Positions 24,584-37,629 are shown, numbered from the stretch's first letter. The stretch is DNA of 64,000 nt from Lama guanicoe (GCA_013239625.1 MU056000.1:9048970-9112969); one strand, 5' to 3'. The notes: generated by a model not told the origin, from the sequence alone. Program-made: numbers and translations.

Positions 24584-25237
24584 TGTTGCTGGTAGATGTA
24601 ACTGGTGTCCACGTCCTTGTCCCTTCCCAGAAAGAATTCAGAGACAAGACGTGGAGGTTAAGAAAGTAAAGTGAGGATTTATTAAGAGATGGATAGTACA
24701 CTCTCAAGGAAAGAGCGGGCAGGCTCAGGTGAGCAGCTGCGCCGAGTTTCTTTGGCAAGTTGGTTACATAGAACGTAAGAATAAAAGGGCAAAATATACA
24801 TTGGGAAGGGGTTTGGGGTTATATCCCCTGATTTTCATCCCAACTCCACCTTCCCAAAGAGAGGAGGGACTTTTGTCCTTATTTAGTCTGGATCAGAAGT
24901 GTCCTGGCATCGGTGCATGATGGGTACTTCTAATCTGCAAGGCAAATTTTATTGAAATGAGGGCATAATGAACAAAAGGTTACATTCGAACACTGGAGAT
25001 TCCTGCCTTTTTTCTGCCTTTCTTTGTCAGCCTCCAGGCAACTCATCACCCCAAAATATGTGACCAATTATCAGCCCAGAAATTCCTACTTTTCTTTCTC
25101 TGCCCAAGGACCCCTGGTGCTTACATGATGTATGATTTCCTGCATTTGGCCTGTGCCCCTCCTTTCTGCTCAACTCCTGCCATTTGGCCTGTGTACCCCT
25201 TTCTCTGCTCATATCTAGCTATCTGCCTGCTCTAACA
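24584..25237 (-). mobile_element. ERV1-like solo LTR, about 654 bp
   Basis: TGTTG..TAACA ends; TTTATT near 24678; flanks ATAT and ATTT (4 bp TSD with 1 mismatch); internal ~38 bp duplication CATTTGGCCTGTG..TCTGCTCA at 25137-25211. Confidence 0.88.
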
Positions 25238-25591
25238 ATTTGGCCTACTCTACCATGATTTAGGAAATCAATATTGCTAAAAATAAAGAATGTGGGGTTT
25301 TTGACTTTGGATTTTTAAAAGTGCAAAGGAATCTTCTTAAATCAATATTATCATTTTTCTATCTTTCAAGATAGAAAAGAAACCATTAATAGCAATCATA
25401 TAGTTTTTATAAATAAAAATGTATACTTTCTTCTTTTAATAAGCATATTTCAAGATAAATACCATACATTTAAATTTATTGAAATATTTGTAAGCTCACA
25501 GAAAGTAAACCTGCTTTCTGGATGGATGTGAATTGTGCTGCCTCTGATATTACATTATTTAGAGATTGAATCTTCCAGTAATCAGATAGTT

Positions 25592-26015
25592 ACAAGCCTC
25601 TGGGTACAGAAAACATCATGGTATCTAGGCTTTACTCCTCCTTGAAAATCAAAAAAAAAAAATGACAGCACATATGCGTGTTATTTTTTGGATTCTTTCT
25701 CTGTTAGTGACATTATATACAGCAACTTAATTATCTGGGTAGAGCTGCCTTGTGTTTTACAAATGCAGCACTGTCACAACATTTGGTACAGTTTCATGAC
25801 AGAAGACAAGCCTCTGGGTACAGAAAACATCATGGTCTCTAGGCTTTACTCCTCCTTGAAAATTAAAAAAAAAATGACAGCACATACGCGTGTTATTTTT
25901 TGGAGTCTTTCTCTGTTAGTGACGTTATATACAGCAACTTAATTATCTGGGTAGAGCTGCCTTGCGTTTTACAAATGCAGCACTGTCACAACATTTGGTA
26001 CAGTTTCATGACAGA
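25592..26015. repeat. ~212 bp tandem duplication of unique sequence
   Basis: Copy 1 at 25592-25803, copy 2 at 25806-26015; 6 substitutions plus a 2 nt A-run difference. Confidence 0.97.
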
Positions 26016-26546
26016 GATTAATTACAATTAAACAAGTGAAGTTTTTATTACTGTGCCCATTTTTCACACTGATGGAGTTAAGTTTGAGCCAATGTTCCTA
26101 CTCAGTTCCTTCTTTTCAGGAATTTCAGTTCAAAACATTAACCATGACTTAATCCAGCACTTGGCAGACTGTCTCTGGCAAGATGAAATTTGCTCCGGAT
26201 GATTTACAAAGAACTCGAGGAAGTGGAATCGGAGACTAAAAAAGTGGGATGTGAAAGAAGATAAATAGAGATGCTTAAGTAATTTTATATGATATGGTTT
26301 TATAATTTAAAAGGAAAGTAATATGTGCTTAACAGAATTGTGCTTAATCACCATCCACAAATGTAGTAAGACAAAGAGCTGACATTTTATGTGTAATGGC
26401 CTAGAAAATTAAAAATACATTCATTTACTAAGCAAATAAGTAAATAGTGTAGATTTTTAAAGTGAAAACGAATAAAGAATGCTTTCAGTTTTGTTGTTAT
26501 TCAGAGTCGTATATAATTCTTTTCACTAAAAATTCAGTGAGCATAA

Positions 26547-26589
<43 letters not shown>

Positions 26590-26605
26590 AGAGAGAGAGA
26601 GAGAG
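26547..26605. repeat. Compound microsatellite (TG)n(TA)n(GA)n
   Basis: Directly visible. Confidence 0.95.
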
Positions 26606-27169
26606 GCTAAGATGTAAAATTTTAAATGTTTTGAAAATTTTGAGGGAAAACACAGCAAACAAAAAATAACTACACATTTTGGGGAAAAAACAACAATCAG
26701 AAGTTACTGTAGTGTGAATAAAAGCAGTAAGATTCTAGAAAGAAGTGGAAATTTGCAAGAACAGAAGAGCAGAAGGTGGATATCTTGTCTTTAGCAGCTT
26801 TTCGCCTGGAGGCACACTGCACTTCACTCCGCTTACAGCAGCTAAAATTCTGATAGAATCTTCACCATCGTAGTGGCTTTAAGAAAGAGAAGAGAGAGGT
26901 GGGACGGTCACAGAGGCTTCCAGGACAGGGGCAGTACCCTAGAAAACAGAGCTGGAGACAGGGCGTCATGGACTCCGTGTCTATACTCTGCAAAAACCTG
27001 ATGTTCTTTGGCTAATCCTCGGACCACTTATGCATGGGATGAAGCCAAAGCAGCTCGGTTACGGACAAAATAAGTAAATTGTCATTTAAGCTGCTGATTA
27101 AGAGACAACATTTCCAAATCAATTTATTTACCTGCTAAAACCAGCAAACAAACCAGATAACCAACACAA

Positions 27170-29720
27170 TTTAGTGAACTATAACAGAATTCAGAAAGTC
27201 ATAGCAAAACGTTCACAAAGTATAGGATACAATTTAAAATTATGAGACATAGAAGAAACAGGAAAATGTGTCTTAACTCTTAAAAGAAAAAGACTACGTA
27301 TGTCGACAATACAATAACCCAGAGGTTGGAATTATCAGATTAAGATTCTTACACGTGTATGTTTAGCTCTGCTTAATATTGTAGAAGAAAATATGTTTTC
27401 CATGAATGAAGAGGTACAAAGATCTCAGGAGGAAATTAAAACACATAAATACAAATTAAAAGAAAATTCGAGAAGTAGAATTACATCTGAAAAATGTTAG
27501 CTCAGTAGCACAGTGGGGATTGTATTAGTTTGCTAGGGTTTCATAACAAAGTACCACAAACGGGATACCTTAAACAACAGGAATCTATTGTCTCACGGTT
27601 CTGGAGGCTGGAAGTTCAAGATCAAGGTGCTTGCTGCCTCTGGGAGCTCTGAGGAGGAATCTGCTCCTTGCCTCTCCTCTCTCTCCCCTAGTGACTGGCA
27701 ATGTTGACCTTCCTTGGCTTGCGGAAGCATTACGCCCATCTGCCTCATCTTCCCTGTGTGTGAGCCTGTGTCCAGAATTCCTCCTTCTGTAAGGACCATT
27801 CCAATCCAATTCACATTGGATTGGAGCACACCCTAATGACCTCATTTTAACACAACAGATTATATTGGCCACAACCTGATTTCCAAGTAAGGTTACATTT
27901 TGAAGTGCTAGGTGTTAGGATGAATACATAAGGATTCTGTATTCATACAATTCAACCCAGAAGAGGTTTAAAGGAGAAAATGTCAATAATGTAATGATAG
28001 ATTAATGGAAATTATCTGATCTGAAAAAAAAAAAGACAATATGTTGGGAAGAGAAAACATGAGAACAATGCCTCAAGGAACTTTTGGACAATATCCAAAG
28101 ATCCAAAAAGAATGTAATGAGAATTTCATAAACAGAGAAAAGAAAGAAAGAATGTGGCAGAAAGCAATGTATTTAAATAAATAGCGGCAGATTATTTCAA
28201 AAAGATGATCTAAGATAAGAATGTACAGATTTATGAAGATAAGAAAACCCCAGGAAGAATAAAATCAAATTAAGCCAACACAGGTATAATGATTAAAGTA
28301 AAAGATAAAGACAAAGTCTTGAAAATAGCCAGATGAAAACAGCATATTACACGCAGAGGAAAAACTGGAACAATTACTGACTTGAATACAGTAAATATCC
28401 ATTAGTGCTTATGAATCTTAATAAATGCAATAATACACTAAGAAGACATAGCATTTCCTTAAAGTAGAATTCCAGCTGATGTTATATAGAAGGTGGTAGA
28501 AATAGTTCATATTTAGAAATCATTATACTGATAGAGGGTACCATTGAGAGTTATCAATGAAAACTAAACTTAGTGGGTGTAGACATGACAAACATGTATA
28601 GTAGAGGACTATCTATATATCTGTGTTGATTTATTTATTGCCAAGTTTGCATGATAGTAATGGCCATTATTTGGGGGGAAGGTATATGCTGGGGCATTTT
28701 AGAGTGATACTGCATAGACACCCATTATAGATAAATGATAGGAAAATGAGAGAGAGAGAGAGAGGTGATGGAATGATTAGGCAATACAGTAACAATTTGG
28801 AGACGTATGAATTTTGTGTACTGAACTTTCAACTTCTTGTAGGTTGCAAAGTATATTTTTAAAAGAAAATTAATTTTCCAGCATCAAAAATAAAATAGGG
28901 CCTCATTGTAGATGTTCAAAATATCAGTAGCTTTCTACAAAACAACTTGCATGAGGAAGTATATGTACATATTGAAAAAATGTAACCCACAAGTCTGGCA
29001 GAGGAAGTAGAAATGAAACAAATCTCATAATTTTTGAAGAAATTTATTCTATCATTAAAAATCTTTCCACAAAGACAATCCCAAGGCCAAGAAGTTTGAG
29101 AATTTCTTTTAAATATTGCAGGAAGAATTGATACTAATCTTATAGAAATTATTTCAAATAATATAAGATCTGGAAGACTTTCTAAATCTTCTTATGAGAC
29201 CAGCATAATCTTCCTACCAATAATTGATGAAGAAAGAGATTACAGGCAATCACTATCACAAACTTAAATTTAAAAGTACTTATATATTAGCAAATCAATC
29301 CAATGATATTAAGAAGTTAATACATGATGGTTAAATAATATTTTTTCAACAAATCAAGAGAATTCAATATTGAAAATCTAATTAATATAATTAATCATAT
29401 TAGTGAAAGAGGAGAAATTACAGTAAAGACTTTTGATAAAATTTAATATTCTCAGTTGCTTCTTAATTTAAGGGGATTACCTTAATCTGATAGACAATAT
29501 AAAAATATCAAGCTCAATGGCAAAAAAATAAATGCTGTTTCATTAAATTTGGTTACAGTGATCTCTGCTCTAAGAAGAGTAATATGAAGAAAGGAAAACT
29601 AATATAGTGACATTAAATTATGTTCATTAACATGATGAGAGTGAAAGAAGCAATGCAAAGAGGAGACATAAACACTCTTTGTTCATACATGTGACGGAAG
29701 ACTCCTAGCATCTATATATA
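27170..29720 (+). mobile_element. Highly decayed old L1 pieces (ORF1, 3' UTR, ORF2 remnants)
   Basis: A-rich L1-like motifs: AGGTTGGAATTATCAG; CTCAAGGAACTTTTGGACAATATC; ATGAGACCAGCATAATC; TATTAGCAAATCAATCCA. Interrupted by an MLT1 LTR. Confidence 0.6.
27521..27964 (-). mobile_element. MaLR MLT1-type solo LTR
   Basis: TGTATTAGTTTGCTAGGG..CACGGTTCTGGAGGCTGGAAGTTCAAGATCAAGGTG..ACAATTCAACCC. Confidence 0.88.
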
Positions 29721-29737
29721 AGAATACATGCATCTCA

Positions 29738-30667
29738 TTGTGAGTTTAATTTGCATTTCTCTGATAATTAGTGATATTGAGCATTTTTTTCAAATGCCTA
29801 TTGGCCATTTGTATATCTTCATTGGAGAAATGCTTGTTAAGTATCACCTCACATCAATCAGAATGGTCATCATTAAAAAGTCCATGAATGATAAATGCTG
29901 GAGAGGGTGTGGAAAAAGGGAACTCTCCTACAGTGTTGGTGGGAATGTAGTTTGGTGCCACCATTATGGAAGGTAGTATGGAGATTCCGCCAAAGACTAA
30001 AAATAGACTTACCATATGATCCAGCAATCCCACTTCTGGGCATATATCCAGAAGTTACCTTAATTCAAATAGATACATGCACCCCAATGTTCATAGCAGC
30101 ACTATTTACAATAGTCAAGACATGGAAACAACCTAAATATCCATCAACAGATAACTAGATAAAGAAGCTGTGATATATTTATACAATAGAATACCACTCA
30201 GCCATAAAAAATAATAAAATAATGCCATTTGCAGCAGCATGGATAGACCTGGAGATTGTCATTCTAAGTGAAGTAAGCCAGAAAGAGAAAGAAAATACCA
30301 TATAATATCACTTATCTGTAGAACCTAAAAAAAAAAAAAGACTAATAAACTTATTTATAAAACAAAAACAGGCTCACAGACAGAGAAAACAAACTTATGG
30401 TTACCAGGGGGGAAAGGGGTGGCAAGGGAAAAATTGGGATTTCAAGATTTGCAATGTTAACTACTATATATATAATAAACAACAAGTTCATACTGCATAG
30501 CACAGGGAACTGTATTCAATATCTTGTAGTAACTTGTGGTGAAAAAGAATATGGAAATGAATATATGTATGTACATGTATGACTGAAGCGCTATGCTGTA
30601 CACCAGAAATTGACACAACATTGTAAATTGATTATACTTCAGTAAAAATATATATATACAAAAAAAT
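29738..30667 (+). mobile_element. 5'-inverted (twin-primed) L1 insertion
   Basis: Antisense L1 segment to ~29838, then sense ORF2 end ([36 protein letters not shown]), 3' UTR and A tail; TSD GAATA(C/G)ATGCATCTCA at 29722-29737 and 30668-30683. Confidence 0.93.
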
Positions 30668-31684
30668 GAATAGATGCATCTCAATAAAAAAAGAGATAAT
30701 CCAATAGATAAATGTTCAAAATGCATGAACAAAAACTTTACCAAAAAAGTTCTGTAAATAATCTAGGACATGTTGCATAAGGTCATTGATAGGAGGGTAA
30801 ATACAATTTAAAACAAAATTATGATATCATGTGGCTAAAATAGAAAACATTGAGTATTTGCAAGGAAATAAAGTAAGAGAAAAATGCAGATTGGCACAAC
30901 TGATTCTGGTTGTGTCTCAAAGCTGTGTGTCTGTATGCGTGTGTATGTGCGTGAATGTATCATAAAATTTGAAACAGGTACCCTATGGATTGATTAATTG
31001 TTTCCAATTTTTTATTGTTACATACAATGCTTTAATTAGTTGTCTTTAAAAAATACTATACCTGTCCTTAAATGAAAAGGTCATGTATATATTATTTATA
31101 TATAATTTATTATATGTTAGTTATGTACATATATAGAAATGTATTTAAAATTTAGTCCCCCACAGGATGAATAAGGATTTGCTTAGATCACCAGGTTTCA
31201 AAAGGCTTTGTTTGTGTGTATGAGCACAGAAAGAACATTATACCAGGGTATTATGGGGAATTGCAGTTTTCCTAAATAGTGGAGACCCTGCTGGGTCAAG
31301 TAATGAACAAAGTAGGAGATACCATACAGCTCAGGTAAGCTGAGTAATGGAGTGAAATAAACCCACTTAACATGGATTTTTATCACTTTTCCCCCAGTTT
31401 CCTTTGTTAGTTACTACTTAATCTTGACCTCATTTTCCTCATCTCTAAAATTAAAGGATGCACTCACAGAGTTTGGGATGCCTCAATCATTGTTGGGTCA
31501 CAAATCTCTTTCTACTGTCTACCTATCTTCCCAAAATGTAGACAACAATGCAAATCTGCTTTGATTGCCTCCAGTATGGGCCATTCAGAAAGCCTGAAGG
31601 GTTTGCTCCTGTCCCATCCCTATGTCTGCAGACCCTACCTTTCTTAGATGAGCTCTGGTAAACTGTGGATTCCCAAGGTCACAA

Positions 31685-31782
31685 ATTAAATCATTAGATT
31701 GTACACCTTAATGATCACACTGTACAGCCTAAATATATGTGATTTTTATTTGTTGGTCATACCTTAATAAAGCTGGAGAAAA
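31685..31782 (+). mobile_element. L1 extreme 3' end fragment
   Basis: TTGTACACCTTAA..ATTTTTATTTGTTGGTCATACCTTAATAAAGCTGG. Confidence 0.65.
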
Positions 31783-32759
31783 TTTTTAACAAGAAGAAAA
31801 GGTCATAGTTTGAAAAGCACCGTTGACCTAGCTATATCATGAACGTTTCAGTACTGAGGGACTAGGCTGTTCTCCCCTTAGCAAAATAATTTTCAAGATA
31901 ATCCCTGAAAGTTTGTCCTTGAACTTCTTGTGTACGTCTGTGACCACCACGACCAAGACTGAATATGGAAATGCTGATCTTGCTTCATGGACACCGTTTA
32001 GTTTGCTACATCTGACTTTCAATGGTTCGTTAGCTCAGGAAAGCCTTGGGTTCAATTGCAATTAACTAAGTTGACTATTAAATGTTCAAACAATGCTAAG
32101 CTTGCACTAAAATGTTATGGTTTCAGCCGCAATTTCATGCAGTAATCAGCTCTGCATGTTTAACTGCATGTCTTACGTGAATCATTTAGATGAAACTTCC
32201 TGCAAATGTAGCTTTGATTTTGGGTTAGGGGAAAACCTGAAATGTGTGTAAGGCTTCATGATAATGCACCACAGAGGAAAATCAGGTAGAGACAGTTATG
32301 TGATAGGAAAACAAATTAAAATATACTGTAACGTAAACACTTGCTATTTCATTTTGGTACGCCTATAAAGGTATTTGAAACGATCTTACTTCACTTGGAC
32401 ACTACAGGAAAAAAAGAGCAAAAGGGCAACCTGAATTATATTCTTCCTGGTTATGCTTTTTAGTGATAACTTGGATAGTTATTACAACCTTATATTTATA
32501 GGATTTCCTGATTTATAGTTAGTGCATTAATTATGGTTTCTAATTTCATTGAAGCAAATTAGATTCATTAGGTCAAATAATATGGGTTGTCTTTGTGAAT
32601 CTAAGAATAGAAAAATTAAAAATACATCAAAACTAAATTTCCTCTGCAGACCAAATTGTGTTTGTAAGCCTTAACCCAAATTGCATGGGATTATAAAATG
32701 TTTAAATAATATTACTTTGGAAACACTAGGTTGAATACTTTACTGAAATTAATTTCATA

Positions 32760-32862
32760 TCTTATGCATATTATGTCTATACACATGTATATATGTGCAT
32801 GTATATTATATTCATGAGTATATCATATTATATGTATACATTATATGTATATATATATATAG
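32760..32862. repeat. TA/TG-rich low-complexity tract
   Basis: Degenerate (TA)n/(TATG)n. Confidence 0.75.
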
Positions 32863-35334
32863 TCAGTTAGAAAAGTCCATGTTCAGAGCTCAATTTATTT
32901 TAGCTAGTATTATTTGGCCACACATTTAAAAATATTATAGCTTTAAAATGAAATTTGAAATCTGGCAGATTAAAACTCTAAATTTATTTTCTTTCTTTCC
33001 CTGTTAATCATGCCATATGCCTTTCTTGTTGATGGAACTTTTTCCCATGCATCTTAGAATTAGTTTATCTTCTCTCATGTAAGAAAGTCTTTGGTTAGTT
33101 TAAATGTGATTACATTTCTTTAATTAGTATTGACTCTTGATACTCTGTATGGTGCAGTTCTCATCTTAATTGTCTCCTAAAAATGGTTATTTTTCTATGA
33201 ATAACTTAGATATCTTCAGTAAAAAATATTATGTAATACTTCAGTACAGATATTTTATTGCATTTGCTCTTCCTATTAATCCCGGAAATTTGAATCCTGG
33301 TGACTTGTACACGTATATCCTAAACTTATGGGATGATAACTCCAATCAGGTATTTTTTTTCCCCACAGAAGTGATCTTGCTGCTCACTGACCTGCCCCAC
33401 AGAGATTCTTTCCAAACTAAAACATCGAAGTGTTAACGTGTTTAGGTCTTTATTATTTAAGAACAGGAGGAAGTAAGTCTCGTGTGTGGGCCAGGCTCCC
33501 TCTCCAATAGCCCGCTTTGTTGACTGACTCACAGTTAACACACTAAGTCATAGCCCTGGTATCTAGAAAATCACGATGCCTTCCTCACATCTTTTGAAAA
33601 TAAGAGCAGAATAAGACAGAAACGTGTAGAAAAGTCCAGCAAGGTTCCGTGTTGCTCCATGATGATCACTTTGTATATTTTTAAGTATCAAATACCAAAT
33701 TATTTCTCAAATGAAGACGTGTTTCCATGCTTTGGCTTTATGGATACCCTGAAGACACTGTGAAGTTCCTATCAGTCAATGGATAATGTGACAATGTGTA
33801 TGGCAGTATGTGACAGTCCATCCGAGGTTAACTTCCTTGATGCAAGAAGATGTTCAGAAAGCACAGGCCTTGAACTAGATTTCTTATGAGACCTGGACTG
33901 AGTGTACAGATATTACAATACATTCAGAAGACTTCAGTGAGAGTCATTTAATGTAGTTTTATTCACTTGGCATAGTTGAATATCGCCTCATGTCTTTGTG
34001 ATTATACTGCTCGTCAGGTTTGAAACAAATGCAGCTTGGGACCTTTCCTAGTAGTTTTTATTGTTATATTCCTGCAAGTAATTTTTAACATTATATTTAT
34101 AATCACATATATATTATATATATTTTATTACATGAGATATTTTCAATGGCACATATAGATGTGAATTGGCCACTGACATTTTGTCAACTTCAAAAGAATT
34201 ACTATTGAAATCTGTATATAAGAAGAAACGAATTTTCCCCTCCATGTTCTCTTTTAATTACAGGTAAACCGGTATGACTTGCCCCTGGCAAGATTTACTG
34301 TGTCTGGTTGAACAGCCTCTCTATAAAATTTTACTTATTTTTTTTTACAAATGCCATGACTGAAAGTCCCAAAGATGAAGCTTGTCAAATTGGAGTCTGG
34401 TTGTCCCCAGGCAAATGTACCAAACAAAAATAATGCATGACAGATTTCTTGAAATCATTGATTTAAAAAAAAACTATTTTAGCTATAATCCCAGCATAGA
34501 TATAATGCAGAGAAAAATTCCGTTGGCATTAAATATTCAACAGCCAAGAAAAATCGCACATGAATCACACATAAAACTGCAACTTGTAACCTCCACTCCA
34601 GCGTAAGCAAGGACAGCTTTACACTCTCCTCACAGAGAAGCAGTAAGTATGCTTCCCTGGAAACATTTGATAAACACTTTTCAAAATGTCAAAATACTGT
34701 AAAAGTGATATTTGTATTTTTTGAAGTATTATTTATAAAGGGTAAAATGCATAAATTTGAAGGGCGTAATTCAATGAATTTTATACTCATGTAATAAATG
34801 ATCCAAAACAAGCTGTAGAATAGAAACATATAGTTTATATTTTTTCTCACATAAAGTTTAGAGATTCATGCATGCTTTTGCATAATTCATTTTGTGCTAC
34901 TGTGAGGAAACTGGAAGAATGATATTTTATTGTTGCATAATATTCCATTGTATGCAGATACCACATTTGTTTCCCTTTCTCCTTTTCATAGATGTTTGGT
35001 TTGTTTCCAACTTTTAACTGTTCTGAATAAGTGGGATTTCTGGCTGATGGGGTAGGCTTAAGTATAGTGCTTAATGAGAAAGAGCAAAATCTATTTGTCC
35101 CCAAACTGTTTTAACAATTTTACACTCACACAAGCAATGTGTAAGAATTACATTTGCGCCACATTCTCTGCAAATTTGATTTGCTGCTCTATTTCTTAAC
35201 CACATTTTTGCAATTTGTACAAAGTGAAAGATACTTATTTTAATAATGTTATTAAATTATGACAAACACATGCAACTCTGTACCCACAGACAAAATCAAG
35301 AAAATGAATATTAGCATCATCAAAAAGGACACCT

Positions 35335-35906
35335 GAGTTGCCATATGCTCCAGCATTCCACTTCCGGGTATATGGCCAGAGGAACTGGCAACAGGGTCTT
35401 GAGATATTTGTACACCCAGGTTCATAGCAGCATTATTTACAACAGCTGAAAGGTAGAAGCAACCTAAGTGTTCATTGCCTGTTGAATAGATTAAAAAATG
35501 TGGTGTATACTTGCAGTGGACCATTATTCAGCCTCAAGAAGAAATGGAATTCTAACATATGCTACAATGGGGATGAACCTTGTAAGCAGTATTCTAAGCC
35601 ACATAAGCTAGTCACAAAAAGACAAATACTGTATGAACCCACCCAGACATACCTAGAACAATCAAATTTATAGACAGAAAACAGTATAGTGTCTTCCAGG
35701 CATTAGGGGTTAGGCAAGAATGGGGAGTTGTAGTTTAATGTGTACATAGTTTTAGTTTTGCATGATGAAAGGTGTTCTAGACATGAATGGCAGTGAAAGT
35801 TGCACAATGCATAAGTACTTAATGCAACTGAACTGTACACTTAGAAATGGTTAAGATGCTAAATTTTATGTAACGTGCATTTCACCGAAATTCAGAAATA
35901 TATAGA
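35335..35906 (+). mobile_element. L1MB-like 3' end
   Basis: CCATATGCTCCAGCATTCCACTTCCGGGTATAT..CTGAACTGTACACTTAGAAATGGTTAAGATG; degenerate TSD AAAAAGGACACCTG (35322) and AAAAAAGATACCTG (35907). Confidence 0.85.
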
Positions 35907-35943
35907 AAAAAAGATACCTGTGCTCCATTTCAGGCATCAAATC

Positions 35944-36420
35944 TGTGTTTGTTTCCTAGGCTGCTGTAGCAAAGTACCACAGACTGATTGCTTAAGAGAA
36001 GATAAACACATTCTCTTACTGTTCTGGAGGGTACAGGTGTACGATCAAGGTATTGTCAGGGCCATGCTCCCTTCCAAATCTCTAGGGAAGATGCCTCCTT
36101 GACTCTTCTAGGTTCTGGTAGCCCCAAGCATTCTTTGGTTTGTGGCAAAGTAACGCTAATCCATGTCTTTATCTTTCCAAGGTCATCTTCCCTCTGTGTC
36201 TGTGTGTCTCTGTATCTTCACAGTCTCCTTCAGATGTCTTTGTTTTCTCTTCTTTTAAGGACACCAGTCCTATTGGACTAGGCTTTACCTTAATCTAGTA
36301 TGACCTCATCTTAATTTGACCTGCAAAAATCCCATTTCCAAATAAGGTCATACGCAAAATTACTGGGAATTAGGACTTCAACACATCTTTGAGTGGAGGG
36401 GACACAATTCAACCCTAACA
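35944..36420 (-). mobile_element. MaLR MLT1-type solo LTR
   Basis: TGTGTTTGTTTCCTAGGCTGCTG..TAAGGACACCAGTC..GGGGACACAATTCAACCCTAACA. Confidence 0.88.
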
Positions 36421-37629
36421 AACCCACAGTTCCAACCCCAGGAAAACCACTTAGCTGATTCTCATTGTGGACTACTTTTGATTTTTCTAAACTTTCATAT
36501 AGTTGAAATAATAGAGTATGCAGTGATTCAATCTGGCTTTTTTCGCTCAGTGTAATCGTTCTAACTAGCATCCATATTTGCATCATGTTACAAACCCATC
36601 AGCAATGTGTGAAAAGATCAGTTGTTCAACATCTTTGCTAACACTTGATATCATAAGTCACTTCAGTATTAGCCATTCTACTGGGGCTGAGGAGTTAGTA
36701 AACTTTTCAGGATTTAGTTCACATTTACTTAGTAATAGCATTGAACACATTTCCATGGGCTCATTGGATTTTTATATCTCTTCCTTTGTGAAATGTCCAA
36801 ATCTTATGTCTATGTTTATCTCATGTCACTATTCAATTGATCTGGCATTATTTGTTGAAAGTGTTATCCTTTCTCCTTGAATTTTCCTTGGAACCTTTGT
36901 CAAGATCAGTGGATCATATCTGTGTAGGTCTATTAATGGAATTTATTTGGTTTCTTTGAGATAATACACATATTATGTGTATAATGTTTGATATTGTCTT
37001 ACAGTTCTTGGATGTAAGCTCAAGAGCCCCCATCTGTTTTCTCTCTGGTGTTTCTTTGCTCAGCTTCCAGTGTATCTCCGTGTGCACTGAACAACACTCA
37101 ACTAAACACTCGAGGGACACCCTCTAAAGATCTCTAGATCTTTCTTTCTGTTCAGTTTTCTCTCTCTGAACAGCATTTTCCTTAGTACCCAGCCCATGGA
37201 TTCCAGTTGCCTGCCTTCCACAAATAGGGAATTTGTATTTCAACTCAAAAAGATTGCTAGACTTGGTTTAGATTTCTCAAATTTCCCTGTATTGTGGCTT
37301 GAAAAGTCTCTCTAATCTGTAATCTGGGGCAACTGTAGACCTCATATTTTTGTTTCCTTTGTCTCAAGGATAATTGTCTGGACTGCTAGTTCTCCAAAAT
37401 CTGAAAACTTTGTTTCATATGTTTGGTCCATTTTTTGATTGGTTAAGATGGGAGGGTAAATTTAGTCCCTCTTACTTTATTCTATCAGGAAGCCAACATC
37501 ACCGTTTTTTAAAGATCACATCAATTAAACATAAACTCTGCTCACAGGCTCAAGTGTAAACTTGTTTGAGTCAAAATATTGATTATTCATCTTTCAGTTC
37601 TGTAGCAGTTAGATCTTCCCTTGACATGA

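Larger units (their letters stand above)
34715..37010 (-). mobile_element. Old antisense L1ME-like fragments hosting nested L1 and MLT1 insertions
   Basis: TTGTTGCATAATATTCCATTGTATG..GGTTGTTTCCAACTTTT; CAAGCAATGTGTAAG; AAATAATAGAGTATGCAG..CTGGCTTTTTTCGCTCAG. Confidence 0.65.

Noticed and set aside
25592..26015. Direct repeats considered as a CRISPR-like array (also 52594-52728)
   Set aside because: Adjacent copies with no unique spacers, in eukaryotic context
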